From positions 217,250,001 to 217,314,000 of the forward strand of contig NC_058368.1 of NCBI RefSeq assembly GCF_018350175.1: DNA of 64,000 bases. The letters are read 5' to 3'. This stretch comes from Felis catus. Its lineage: Eukaryota. Position 1 is the first letter of the stretch. Each line of letters opens with the position of its first letter. The notes beneath the pieces were generated by a model that was not told the DNA's origin, searched no databases, and saw nothing but the letters and a program-made list of their open reading frames with translations. Both the position numbers and the translations under genes were made by a program. Below are positions 1 through 12,669 of the stretch, in pieces.

Positions 1-446
1 AGAATCAACTACTTGTAAATCCTGCTTTCATTTATGAATTTCTTTTGTTTTCCTATCATGTAATACATCAAAGCTATGAAGGCATAGGTATTTAATTTTA
101 ATATACATTAAAGTTTTATAGCATGATGGCATTCTTCTTATGTATTTTTATATTCCCAGAAATGACTCAGTTGTATTATTTTTAGTGTGCCCATAAATAT
201 CGAATGAACGTTTAATGAACCATTAACAGAAAAGTATTTATTTCCTACTGCCCCTAATAGCTTTTTATAAAAAAAAATAATGAAATGAAAAATTGACAGT
301 CCAATGGGAGTTTGATGCAACATTGGAAAGCACAATACATTGTCAATTCACATGAAAAAAGTAATGACAGAGATGACAGTTAATGCTTTGTAAAAGATGA
401 GTACATTCTCAATCAACTCTCAGAACATGAAGAATTATTTTAGGTC

Positions 447-651
447 AATGTTGTGCCATGGAAATTCCTTTGATGATAGAAATGTTCTATAATTCTCAAT
501 GTCTAACATGATAGTCACTAGCTACAGGTGGCTATTGAGCACTTGAAGTGTGATTATCAACACTGAGGAGTTGGCTTTTAAATATGAATTAAGTAAAGTT
601 CAACTTTAAGTAGTTATATGTGGCTAGTGACAATTGTATTGGACAGAATAG
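447..651 (+). mobile_element. MER3-like non-autonomous hAT-Charlie DNA transposon
   Basis: gatgatagaaatgttctata...tagtcactagctacaggtggctattgagcacttgaagtgtg...atgtggctagtgacaattgtattggacag follows the recalled MER3 consensus. Confidence 0.8.
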
Positions 652-937
652 TCTTACACTGATAATAGGAGTAATTTCCACACTGGAAAATTATCCATAG
701 CAGGGATTAGTAACTATGATGAGAACCAAATTAATAGTATTTTTCATGTGACACCAGATCAGTGATCTGATTCCTCTTAACTTAAGCACCCAAGAGACAG
801 TTGGCACATATTATACAAAGGTTTCTCACAAGTCTTTATAAGTATAACTTGTTCATATAATATGATGAGAAATTTTACTTTTTGAGAATGATATTGAGAA
901 TTGAAATTACTTGCCTTAATATAAATGCCTAGCAGTC

Positions 938-1136
938 TTTTTTTTTTAACATTTTTAAAATGTTTATTTATTTTTGAGAGAGACACACACACAAAGTGTG
1001 AGCTGGGGAGGGGCAGAGAGACAGGGAGACACAGAATCCAAAGCAGGCTCCAGGCTCTGAACTTCAGCACAGAGCCCAAAGCGGGCTCAAACTCGCAAAT
1101 GGTGAGATCAGAACCAACTGGGGCACCCAGGCACCC
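938..1136 (-). mobile_element. Can-SINE with internal deletion
   Basis: T-tail, (GA) tract, gacacagaatccaaagcaggctccaggctctg, ends cacccaggcaccc; TSD core taaatgccta on both sides. Confidence 0.93.
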
Positions 1137-1158
1137 TCTAAATGCCTAAGAGTCTTAA

Positions 1159-1846
1159 CTGAAAACTGAACAAACCCTCCTACCATTTCAACTGGACTTG
1201 ACTTTTTCCCTAGACATTCTTGGTCAAAAATTTAAGGCTTGGTGTTCATGGATGGCTCAGTCGGTTAAGCATCCAACTCTTGATTCCAGTTCAGGTCATG
1301 ATCTCACATTTGTGAGACTGAGCCCTACATTGGGCTCTGCACTGACAGCACAGAGCCTCCTTGAGATCCCTCTCCCCCTTATTTCTCTCTCTCTCTCTAG
1401 AAAGAAAGAAACAAACAAACAAACAAACAAAGCTAAAGACCAATAAAATTTTGTATTTGATTCAGGGAAATCCTGTAAGCTATTATCATTTGCTTTTTTA
1501 GGCAAAAAGCTCTCCTAAGAGGAAAAATTCTGCTCACCTGAGCAAGAAGTTTGGTTATCAGAATACTTTACTTAAAACCATTTCCTGTCTTTGCTTATAA
1601 TCCTATAACTTTTATGTCAAAATATTTCTAGCCCCAATCAGTACCTCACATTGAAAGACTTGTTTTAAACCCACTGGACAGGATGCAGACCATAAAAATT
1701 CTGGAAATATCTTATGCTGACTTCCCCTTCTGAGATCCACTAAGATTCTGTCAAGGTCTTTGTTCATCATACCTGCATTGGATTAACAATTAGTTTCTTT
1801 GATCAGAAAACTTTCTGGTGACCTTTTTAGGGAGTCAGCATTGCAC
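1159..1846 (+). mobile_element. Old ERV1-type solo LTR (MER110/MER89-like), interrupted by a SINE
   Basis: 3' end tttgatcagaaaactttctggtgacctttttagggagtcagcattgcaca resembles recalled MER110/MER89 termini; 5' boundary uncertain. Confidence 0.4.
1240..1432 (+). mobile_element. Can-SINE
   Basis: tggctcagtcggttaagcatccaactcttgattccagttcaggtcatgatctcac, CT tract, A-rich tail. Confidence 0.92.
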
Positions 1847-1964
1847 AGCATTTCCTAGGAATTTTTAGTTAATAACTAAAATTATTAAAATTCATACTTT
1901 GTTCTTTCTGAAAAGGAATAGAGAGAATTGGTAAAGGCCCACATTCAAAATAAGCTATTTTATT

Positions 1965-2075
1965 TCACTTTCCTTCTCCATAAAATGAGAATACTAATAC
2001 TACCAATAGCATATGGTTGTTATAAGGTTTGAATTAATTGATTTATAAGATTCACTTAATTTCCTCCCATATAAG
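1965..2075 (+). mobile_element. MIR fragment
   Basis: ttccttctccataaaatgagaatactaatactacc...tggttgttataagg MIR core. Confidence 0.55.
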
Positions 2076-2280
2076 TCCTCAAAAGACATTGATCACTTTT
2101 AATATTTACCCCAAAAAAGAAATATCTCATGAAATTTTAATATTTTCCTAACAGAGTGAAAAATATCATTAAATGTTCAGATAAAGCAAGGTTTATATAT
2201 TATTATATAATATAATATGCATTTATATATTTTAATAAATATATAATATAATAATTATAGTCACATATTACAAACTCAAA

Positions 2281-2397
2281 GTTAAGTAGAGCCTTTCTAT
2301 TCCTAAGAAATTCATATATATATAATCATATATATATTTATTTATTTGATATATAAATAAATTAGGGTTTCCTAGGAATACAAAGCCTCTACTTAAC
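2281..2397. repeat. Inverted repeat, 30-bp arms around an AT-rich spacer
   Basis: gttaagtagagcctttctattcctaagaaa (2281-2310) vs tttcctaggaatacaaagcctctacttaac (2368-2397): 27/30 complementary. Confidence 0.9.
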
Positions 2398-4009
2398 TCT
2401 GCATTTCAGCTATGTGCTCCAGTCCAGGTAACCAGAAAACTATACATTTGTGATTTGAGACCCTGGCCCAGTGCACAATAATGTTCCTCAGGAAATTCAT
2501 AGGAGAAAAGGTGGTTGGAACATGGCACTCCAATGCCATAATGACTCAACTCTTCCCTTTTCAGAAGAATCCTTATATACACCGTGTATCAGAGTATTCT
2601 TCTATCAGAGAAAATCGCATTGGACCATACCACATTCAAATTTATATTAAGGTTATTAGTAAAATGTTGAAAATAAATGGGGAAAACTGAGGAATGAATA
2701 TACTAAAGACTGGAACTGATTATCTGTACTGACAAATGAGAGAGTACGTTTCAATTAACATTTGCCAATTATGGGAAATCCAAATTCAGCGTACTCAACA
2801 CCTATATAAAATCCTTTAGGCCTATAAATTAGTTCCCTGGGACACATAGTTCCAGGAAAGTTTAACAGAGGCATCTATAATTGATGTGTTAGCAGTCTCG
2901 CAGTGTGCCAGAGAGTGCATTTAGGTGTCACTGGGCTATTTCAGCACTGTTAGAGATGAACAAATTAACCAGCTGCAGATCCTATGGAGTTTCACAAAAA
3001 AGTCTATTTTAAGTTTTCATATACTTTGAGAAGACTTAGAAAGCATGTATGAGATTAAGGAGTTATACAGACAACGGCAACACATTTTATAATGCAAGAA
3101 ACACCATCACTTACTCAACTATTTTTATCTATCAGTACAAGCTCTTTATCACCATAGAAACTCATGATAGCATTATGAAATTGTTTTATGCTTAGTGATT
3201 GCCTACATAATAATAGGCATTAACAACAGAGTCTAACTCTACTTAATATTGTTACAGCAGCAAAGTATTTAATTTTTCAGGAATATATAGGCTCTAGTTT
3301 AGATATAAACATGGAAGAACATAATGCAAATTAAATGGAAGCTACTGTGGAAAGATAAATGAGCCCAGAATGAATTAATCTAAAACTTATGCATGTATAC
3401 TTGCTCTTTCACCAAGTAACATATATAGGCCTTAATATTACTGTAGTGTTGAAATATATTTATCATGGTCTAAAGAATAAATGTTATCTTGTTAATATGA
3501 CTATGAAAACAGCATAATTCTGATAGTTGACTATCAGAGATAATTGTGCAAAGAAATTGCTTTTGTTAGTTAATCTTTGCAAGTGACAGAGTATTTTTCA
3601 CAGATGAAAGAAATTTAAAAATAATTTGATTTATTTTATTTCCAGAAAATATCAACTGCCAAAAACTAGTGACAATGTTTGAAGAAAAAGCAACAGAATA
3701 CTAAAATGATACTTGTATGTAAATTAAAATAGTTGAACCATAATCAATAAAGCATCTCAAAACCCTAAAATGTGTGTCTTCCATCACCATAATTATTCCA
3801 TGAAATATTGTAACAATTGGAAAATGTCAATATTTATTAAAAAATGTATTTTATCTCTGAATATCTTCATATTACTTTCAGGGAATAATCTCTAGTAATT
3901 TGTTTTGCCAAACATATATTTTTATATGATGTTAACATTTTTTAAATCATTAGAAATCATTTAATAAATATAAACATTTTAATATCTTAATAACAATCAA
4001 ATATATTTG

Positions 4010-4610
4010 GGTGCCTTTGTTATATGTTCACTTGGCTAGACCAAAGAGCATTTCCCAGAAATTTCTTTCCTGCTAATTCCCATTCGGATGGATCATAGGA
4101 AAGATTCTTGGGTGTGATATTTGAAAGACAGAAGTGAGGGGCAGCTGGGTGGTTTAGTGGATTTCAGCTCAGGCTAGTATCCCACCGTTCGTGAAATCCA
4201 GCCCTGCATTGGGCTCTGCACTGAGAGCATGGAGCCTGCTTGGGATTCTCTCTCTCCCTCTCTTGCTTGAACTCTCTCTCTTTCAAAATAAACAAATAAA
4301 CTTAAAAAAAAAAAGACAGAAGTGAAGCGACAGCCGTTTTGTTTATCAGATACATTGCTACGTATCCACTTGTTTATCTTATTAACATGACACATTAGCT
4401 GGCCCTGCAAAAACACCACCTGTCCTAGGATCTGCCTTCAGCTTCTCTGACTCTTAGTCCAGATATGTGCTCAGCTCTATGATAAGGGCCCTGGTTTACA
4501 CAAGGCACCCATAAAATCAAGGCAAGATACAATGAACTGACATCAGTCTCAGTTTGCTCCTAGGCTTCAGCTCATGTTCATGGGCTCAAACTTGTTCTTG
4601 CTTTTATTTA
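4010..4610 (+). mobile_element. MLT2F-like ERVL LTR (partial), split by a SINE
   Basis: atgttcacttggctagacc...catttcccagaaatttctttcctg...gatatttgaaagacagaagtgaagcgacagcc matches recalled MLT2F 5' part. Confidence 0.6.
4138..4312 (+). mobile_element. Can-SINE
   Basis: SINE head and CT/A tail; TSD aaagacagaagtga on both sides. Confidence 0.93.
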
Positions 4611-4614
4611 CCTT

Positions 4615-4700
4615 GGCCAGGGCTAGAATGAGGCAAATGAGACACATAGGGCACATAATTTAAGGAGGCTTGCACTGTCAGGGTCATGCAGGGGCAGGTG
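4615..4700 (+). mobile_element. MER91-like hAT-Tip100 terminus
   Basis: ggccagggctagaatgaggcaaatgagacacatagggcacataatttaaggaggc...cagggtcatgca follows the recalled MER91 end. Confidence 0.6.
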
Positions 4701-5075
4701 CAATATTTTTTTCAAATATTTCTTTCAAAACATGATATCTAATCAAAAATAAATAAAGTTATCAAATATATAAAGCAGCATATAACCTTGTGATCATAAA
4801 CTGAGCGAAATAATAGACCACATTACAATCAAACATTGTCTAATTATTCTAGATTTGAAATGTTGAGGATGCTATTAACACTTGTTATTTACTTTTAAAT
4901 TCAACACATTAATAATAGTAAGTGATCAACATGGCATACCCAATAAATAAGTCAAACTTAATGTTTTTGTTACATTATACCCATGGAAGGCCTCTGACCA
5001 TCTGCATGAAAATTACTGCACTTTCTCATTAGTATTTTAATCTTGCGGGGATTAGTTTTATTTGACACTATTGTC

Positions 5076-5280
5076 TTTTTTTTTTTAACGTTTATTTATT
5101 TTTGAGACAGGGAGAGACAGAACATGAACAGGGGAGGGTCAGAGAGAGGGAGACACAGAATCCGAAACAGGCTCCAGACTCTGAGCACAGAGCCCGACGC
5201 GGGGCTCTAACTCACGGACCGTGAGATCATGACCTGAGCCGAAGTCAGACGCTTCACCTACCGAGCCACCCAGGCGCCCC
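5076..5280 (-). mobile_element. Can-SINE (SINEC_Fc type)
   Basis: Full SINE ending gccacccaggcgcccc; TSD ttgac(a/g)ctattgtc. Confidence 0.96.
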
Positions 5281-5337
5281 TTGACGCTATTGTCAAAGCC
5301 CACCAAAAAGCAATCAAGTTGTGAAAGATCCCAATTT

Positions 5338-5781
5338 TGCTGGGAACCGTCAGGACCTGCAAGAGCTTAAATCCTATCATTTTACTGTTTAACATACTGC
5401 ACAGGAGTATTACAAGAGCTGGTGCAAGGAGCCACTTTTAAGTCCAGGGAACGTCTTTCTCAAGAACCTGGGAAACATCTGTTTGAAAGGTAAACATTGT
5501 AGGAAATAACTTCCCTATCTTTCAGTCTCCTTAGGAGGGCAGGAGCCTAACTTCAGTGTGCGACTTGCTCCCAGTTGTAAACCTCTTGTTCTGAAGATAT
5601 GGAAATTTACTTTTCTGCTGGGTAAAGGTCAATTAGCAAACACAGGTTGTCTACAATTACCCCCATCCCAGCTCTTAAAATTCTCCAGCCTTTTGTTGCA
5701 GTGCAGTTGAGTTCAATCTTTCTTTTTTATTGCAATAATCTCTTGAGTGAGGTTTGGTTTTGTCAAGTGCTATACATTAAC
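5338..5781 (+). mobile_element. MER34-like ERV1 solo LTR
   Basis: TG...CA ends; gtctttctcaagaacctgggaaacatc, ggagggcaggagcctaacttc, caattagcaaacacag, gttgagttcaatct. Confidence 0.7.
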
Positions 5782-5783
5782 AA

Positions 5784-6192
5784 TGTTGTTGGACAAGGTC
5801 ATGGGGAGGACATGACCACTAGTTGACCCCAGAGTAGGACCCAGGCAATGGAAGGCTCCTCAGCCCCTTCCTCGTCCTTGTTCCCACAGTGGGAGCTGTT
5901 TAACGAATGCAGCCTTAAGGGAGCAAGCATATTGTTGAGAGCATCTGGATGGTATGTGTGACTGAAGCCCATTAAAGTCTCTATATGAACTTAAAGTTCT
6001 GGAGGGCAGGTGAGGAGATCAACTCCTCATGCAGCTGTCCAAGACAAGTCTCATATGTAAGTTCTGTTGCATTTTGGACGGGCCACCAACCAATCTGGAA
6101 TGGCCTGCCTCTACCTTTTTCTCTCCTTGCCCTCCATGTCCAGGGACCAGTCTCAGATTTCACCTGGGAAAATCCTGAGGTTTTGAACCAAC
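5784..6192 (+). mobile_element. ERVL-type solo LTR (MER74/MER73/MER54-like)
   Basis: tgtt...accaaca ends; gcccattaaagtctctatatgaacttaaagttctggagggcagg, gccaccaaccaatctggaatggcctgcctc. Confidence 0.55.
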
Positions 6193-6949
6193 AATTGTCT
6201 GAAAGTATTTTTCAAGTAATTTCTGAAAGTCTCCAATGACTCCCTGACTTCACTGTTTATAAGACTTAACTTAGGTCCAATCAGTTTTTAAGGCAAGTTG
6301 TATGAAATCTCTTTGAAAATGTTTTGTCCTATCACCTGGATATTTAAAGTCCATTCTCAGACCTGAGATACCCATATAAGTTTGGATCCTTCCTGAGACA
6401 TTTCTTTCCCCAATTATTGTCTTTTTCCAAGTTTTGGCTATTTAATGATCATCTAAATGATGTAGTCAATTTTATAAATTCAGAAGACCGGGATTACAAG
6501 CTCCCAGAGGAATTCTGCATTCCTCTGATTTTTCCCCTTTATTCTCATGAGTTTGGAAAAAAATTTTTGACAACATATTTCAAATCTTCCCATGATGATG
6601 TGTTATAGTCAGCACACCATAGATTATTGACCTTAAAAACGTATGCTGGGAAATAGAAAAAGGATTATTAGTTTGAACTGAAATTCCATCTTGGAGGTAG
6701 GAGTAAATGTGGGGGGAAAGCTGGTCCTTGGAGATGGCAGTTTCTAAGAATAGAGCTGTCTGAAGTGTTTTGTTTGTTTTCATATGTTTCACTAGTCTGC
6801 ACCAGAAAAAAAATCATTTAGAAAAGTCATTTTGCAGTCTAAATTAGGTTTTGATTTTTCTTCATACCAATCAAAAAAGGCTGACTGTTAAATGTTAGAT
6901 ATTTTGTTGCCTTTTTGTTCTAAGGCATCTATTAGTCTAAGTTTTATCA

Positions 6950-8900
6950 GAAGTTCCTCAAAATGGCATCAGAGTGCTAAGTTATTGTTGGTAAAAGTGT
7001 GCAATTTCAAAAGATAGAAGACCTATTTAGGATGATGATGAGAGTATATGTATAAAGCATGATTTTGCCTGGGTAGGGGTGAGGACTCAACTGAGAAAAC
7101 CCTGTGAGAGCTGAGACAGTTGGAAAAAATATGTTGCTTTTAGATCTCATGTGTTTCTATCCTAACCAAATGCCGGCTGCCACCATCAGTAAGCCTTACT
7201 TGCTGCTGCTTCTTTGTAGATGGAATAATCAAAACCATTTCTCAGGGAAACAAGAAGAAAGAAAAGAGTCGATATAAGGTCTTGAGTAGTGACCCAAAGC
7301 AAAATTTTCCGAGGCACACTAGTGTATTGAGACAATCTACATACTGGTCTTTGGGGCTATTTCACATTCTTAAGCTTATTAAGCATATTCTCTACGAATA
7401 GTCACTTTCCCATTTTAGCAACAATATAAAATTCACAAATATAAAAGGGAAACAATGATAGAAAATAAAGATATAGGCCAGATTTCATTATGGGACATAG
7501 GATATAAGAATGCATAGGAATCTGATTTGATTCCTAAATTATACACTTAATCTTAGGGATAAAAATAAACAGCAACACAGTGTCTAAGAAAAATTTTCTA
7601 GCTTGTATTCAGCATAAGACTTTAGTTAAAAGCGAGGTGGTCTCTAACAGCCAAAGATAACAGAGTCTTACATGTGAGTACTATTATTGAGTTCATCAAC
7701 AAAGGGAAACCAAGGACACACCTATTTTGCAACCAAAACAAAGTCTGTGATCAAAACCAAGTAATTCTTGGGGTGCCTGGGTGGCTCAGTCGGTGAAGCG
7801 TCCGACTTCAGCTCAGGTCATGATCTCACACACAGTTCGTGGGTTCAAGCCCCACATCAGGCTCTGTGCTGACAGCTCAGAGCCTGGAACCTGCTTCAGA
7901 TTCTGTGTCTTCCTTTCTCTCTATTCCTCCCCCACTCATGCTCTATCTCCCTCCTTCAAAAATAAATTTAAAAATTAAAAAAAAAACACAAGTAATTCTC
8001 AAGAGAAAGTACAGCATAAACAATCCTTATGAGTGACCCCTATTTATTTGCCAAAGGTCCATTATTGTGACTTATAAATAACCCCTTTGGAGGAGACCTA
8101 TCAATGCTTTCTGACTACAGCAGGCCATGGATTTGTTACACATAAATACCATAGAAAAAAATGAAATATAAGAAAAATCGGTGGTTATAATTTCACAATG
8201 TTTAAAAGTCAACAAATCTAGTGAACATTTTGTTAAATTTGCTCTTTCATGGTAATACTATACCCATCAATGGGTCATATAATTTTTGCTTGATTTTAAA
8301 AAAATATTTATATCCCAAAATATGTTTGCCTGAAGCTTGGTAGAGAGCTGAAGTTTGAACATCTTAAGCTTGTCTGTTAACTCATGAGACAACTGAAGAA
8401 TTCCTAAAAATTCTCCAGTACTCTTGGAGCAGTATTTTGGTTACTGGATGATAAAAAGAAATCTATAAAAATGAGGAGGCTGAATTCATATCTGATCTTC
8501 AGTTATCTGGACAGTCACATATCATGACTAGTATCTGATGTGTTGATTGGAAATTTTCCTCATCCCATTTCTGGCAAACCTCACTGATTATTTCAACAAG
8601 GGAGAGGACAAATACTATTCACTACAATGTGATACTTTGTCTTTAAGAAATTGTGGATGCCATATTAATATTAATCTTAATAAATCTTCCTATTAATAAA
8701 TCTTCAGCTCAAGCAACGTAGATTCCCAGCACTGCCTTATATGATTTTCTACTGTATTATTGTCCAACTATCACTAAGGATAAAAATCAAAGTAGATAGA
8801 CAAATTATAAAAAAATTTCGCATCAAAATCTCATTTTTTATGTTAATTTTGAGATAATCATAAATTACCTAAAAGAATATTGTTAAGAATGTGCAATTGT
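6950..8900 (+). mobile_element. Highly decayed hAT (Charlie/Buster-like) transposase fossil
   Basis: Frame-shifted peptides in order: IKHDFAWVG (~7050), CIQHKTLVKS (7604, CxxH motif), IIEFINKGKPRTHLFCN (~7685), LLEQYFGYWMIKRN (~8420). Confidence 0.45.
7769..7986 (+). mobile_element. Can-SINE
   Basis: ggggtgcctgggtggctcagtcggtgaagcgtccgacttc...A tail; TSD caagtaattct. Confidence 0.96.
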
Positions 8901-10272
8901 CTCTGGAAATAGATTTTTTATATGCCATCTAAGCACATAAAAATCATTGTCTTTGTGTCTTCAAAGCATTTGGTGTCTTTAAGGAAAACTGATAATTTTA
9001 AAAATAATGTCTGCATTAGTTGATTACATAATTTGACAGACTTAAAAATACTGGAGACCTTCAGAGAGAAAATTTTTGCAGGCAGTTGTTACATGACATA
9101 TTTGTAATTTAATTTTTTTGTTTTGTTTTTTGTGGGTTTTTTTGTGGGTTTTTTTGCATTTCGGAAGCCAAACACAATCATAGTAATAGTTGTAAGTAGG
9201 GAGTTTTCTCAGTGTAGTAATGTAGTAAGTGCAGCAATAAACAAGTCATTTCATTGTCCTTTTAATGTTTTTATACTTTATAATTTTAGCAAATTTTGCA
9301 TATTCATTACTACGTACCTTCAAATATTCTGGTACTGTAGCACCCTTTTGTCTGCCCTTCCTGTTTCTGTTAATTCTGTAGTAGTAAATAATTCGGGAAT
9401 AATACTTAGCATCATTATTTATTTGTGAACAATTATTATATAATATTGTTATTTTTACTATATCTAATACTTAGTATGTGCCAAACCGTTCATTGGGCAG
9501 TAATCGTTAGGTCTTCAAGTGTGAAACAATAAACAGATAAATTGACTGTTTGGATTTAATAGCTTGAAGTGATGTCCTAGAGAATGATAGTGTTAAGGTG
9601 GAAATGATTTTAAAAATCATTAACTGATTATATTTAACTTTAACAAAGTTAAATAAAATAGGTCTTTTAATAGTATCTAATATTTAAGGCATGTTGATGG
9701 GAAGGCATTATCGAGTATTCTTTTGCTGTAAGCCCAGAGAAATGTGACACACAGATCTGCTTAGGTGTGTGTTACATGTGTATAGGGTTGGTCAAAGGGC
9801 TTGTGGACATTGTTTGGCTTAAGCTTGAAATGGGTTTTATTTTCCCCAATTGCTAAAAACTGGTTATTTACAGTAACACACTCCACTGTCCTCTCTATTT
9901 TATCATACGTATGATAAATATCGTATCTATGTGATATCTCTTTCTACATTTCTGCTTATGTGTTTATCATCTACTCTCCATTAATTTATGTCTCATCATC
10001 TATCTATAGAGAGGAAAGTCCTAAATGGAGCTCTTAAAAATAATCTCAGCATTGATCATGAGATTTATTCATTAATTGAATATATTAATCCACCTTTTTC
10101 TCTTTCTTAATAATTTTCCTAGTTAATTGTCAATTTTACCTTCTCCATGCCTCTCCATTTTGTTCTCTAACATGTATTGCCAAGTTTACCATCTTAATTA
10201 AATCTCATCATCTTGAGTTTAGGCTCATTTTATAATCTGCTAACCAGTTAAACTGCAATACTTTTACCTTTA

Positions 10273-10478
10273 GGAGTTCCTGGTTGGCTCAGTTGGTTAA
10301 GCATCCAACTGTTGATTTTGGCTCAGGTTCTCATGGTTGGTGAGTTCAAGCCCTGCATTGGGCTCTGTGCACAGTGTGAGCTTGCTTGGGATTCTCTCTC
10401 TCTCCCTCTTTCTCTGTCCCTCCCCCACTTGTGCTCTCTCTCTCTCTCTCTTTCAAAATAAATAAATAAACTTAACGA
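10273..10478 (+). mobile_element. Can-SINE
   Basis: SINE body; 16-bp TSD aatacttttaccttta (10257-10272, 10479-10494). Confidence 0.95.
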
Positions 10479-11431
10479 AATACTTTTACCTTTAATCTAT
10501 CTTTCACATTACCAACAAAGGTTTATTTTTATATCATGTATCAATGAGAAAACTTAAAACGCTTAGCATGCTTAGCATGGATATATAGCATGTTTTCCCA
10601 TTTAATCTACCTATTCGGTATGATTTTATATATTTCCTTAATTTCACATCTTATGCTTTAGTCACATCATTTATCTATTTGTTAATAAAACATTTACCTA
10701 AATCCAGTGAACAATTTCAGCAGGGGCAAATTACTTCTATTTTTAATGTGCTATGTAGTTTCACACTTCTGTGTGAAACTTATGCTATTTCATGTGGCTG
10801 GGGCAGCCTTATCCATGGTGTTTCCTCTTGAACAAGATCCTATAAATTCAAACTGTGAAAATATTTGAATATCTTGACGAAATTCAGTACTAGATCTTCT
10901 GGACATCCACTGTACTGTGATCTATTCCCAATTATGTCATTCCCTGCCTTATTTTACTTGCTAATTCCTTGTCGCCTCCATTTCATGAGATACTTTAGAG
11001 TTGGTAGTTAACTTTAATTCATCATTACTGGTGCACACCCTGGACACTTCTTGTATCTTAAACACTCAAATATATGTTTTCCTGAGTTTAAAAACTTGGA
11101 CCATAATTGAACAAGAATGCATTCATATACAAATTATTTCACATAACCACATATGATGACCCTTCTGGAATGTAATGCTTTTTAACTAACAGCGTAGTTG
11201 ACATAAAGTATATCATTTTACTTATACTTTTTAATAAGGGCTTCTTATTTCACAGCAAGATGGAAAGAGCTCTTACCTCCTGATTCTGTATACAATATTT
11301 CTATCAATTCCTCTTCTATCATTAAACTGTACTAAACTATAAACTGATTGCAGAAAGAAATTAATCACCCATGTGACTGTATATCTTCATTTTCAAGAAG
11401 TTAATATTACTATGTTAAATCTTTACTTTTT

Positions 11432-11659
11432 AACTTAAAAAAAATTTTTTTAATGTTTTTTTTTTTTTATTTTTGAGATAGAGAGAGACAGAGCATGAGC
11501 AGGGGAGGGGCAGAGAGAGAAAGGGAGACACAGAATCTGAAGCAGGCCCCAGGCTCCGAGCTGTCAGCACAGAGCCCGACGCGGGGCTCAAACTCACCCT
11601 GAGATCATGACCTAAGCCAATGTCGGTCACTTAACTGACTGAGCCACCCGGGCACGCCT
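11432..11659 (-). mobile_element. Can-SINE
   Basis: T-tail, gagacacagaatctgaagcaggc, gagcccgacgcggggctc, ends gagccacccgggcacgcc. Confidence 0.95.
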
Positions 11660-11699
11660 TTATTTTTTCACCTTAATATTACTGAAATTGTCTAACAGT

Positions 11700-12450
11700 C
11701 AATGGCATTTGAAACTGCTATCAGCCCAGTGTCTGCCAAGTTGGCTGTTTTTCTTGGTGGTGTGGCTGCCCAACTGTGAACTCCCAACAATTTAGTCAAC
11801 AAACTAAGAAACAGTGAAAGCACATACATGATTCCTAGTTGTTGTGTGAAAATGTTCACCTGCAGGAAACATGGATTAAGAAGAACCAGTATCAAAACGT
11901 ACAAATGGATGTCAGCAGCTTGGAAAATTATTGAAGATTTTTGGAAGGAAATCCTTAAACAGTAAACACCCCCCCTTTTTTTTTTAAATTTTTTTTAACG
12001 TTTATTTATTTTTGAGACAGAGAGAGACAGAGCATGAACAGGGGAGGGGCAGAGAGAGAGGGAGACACAGAATCAGAAACAGGCTCCAGGCTCTGAGCCA
12101 TCAGCCCAGAGCCCGACGCGGGGCTCGAACTCACAGACCGCAAGATCGTGACCTGAGCTGAAGTCGGACGCTTAACCGACTGAGCCACCCAGGCGCCCCT
12201 CCTGTTTTTTTTTTTTTTTTTTAAAGAAATGCTGTATTCTCAGAACTCTTCATTGGACAGAGATAATACTGTGAGGAAAAAATATGTCTTATCTATCACT
12301 TTGACTTAAAAAGTGATTCAGAAAATTTAGACTATATTAAGTTTTAAAAAAAAAACAACCATTTTCTTTTCTCTCATTATCCACATATTTTACTTTAAAA
12401 TGATATATTTTTAATACTTGTATCTACATAAACCAAATATATTTTTATTA
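11700..12450 (+). mobile_element. TcMar-Tc2 (Kanga1-like, pogo-type DDE) transposase fossil split by a SINE
   Basis: AVFLGGVAAQL*TPNNLVNKL resembles VIPGG.T.QLQPLDVSVNKP; WMSAAW before the SINE; KKCCILRTLHWTE after it resembles FKKCCISNALDGTE. Confidence 0.65.
11975..12198 (-). mobile_element. Young Can-SINE (SINEC_Fc)
   Basis: Near-consensus and CpG-rich: ctgagccatcagcccagagcccgacgcggggctcgaactcac. Confidence 0.97.
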
Positions 12451-12644
12451 TGGATATTTCTTTAAATCAATGATATTTTGTGCTGGATAATATATGTGAT
12501 AGTCTCATAAGCTTATTAAGCACTTATGCTATTCATTTTGGCAATAGTCCAGACGGTAAATGACATTACTAATAGTTACTTAGGCTTAAAGTCACATATT
12601 TGTATTACTATACACAATATATAAAACACACACTTGCACAAAAC

Positions 12645-12669
12645 ACACACACACACACACACACACACA
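12645..12669. repeat. (CA)n microsatellite
   Basis: acacacac... run. Confidence 0.9.
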
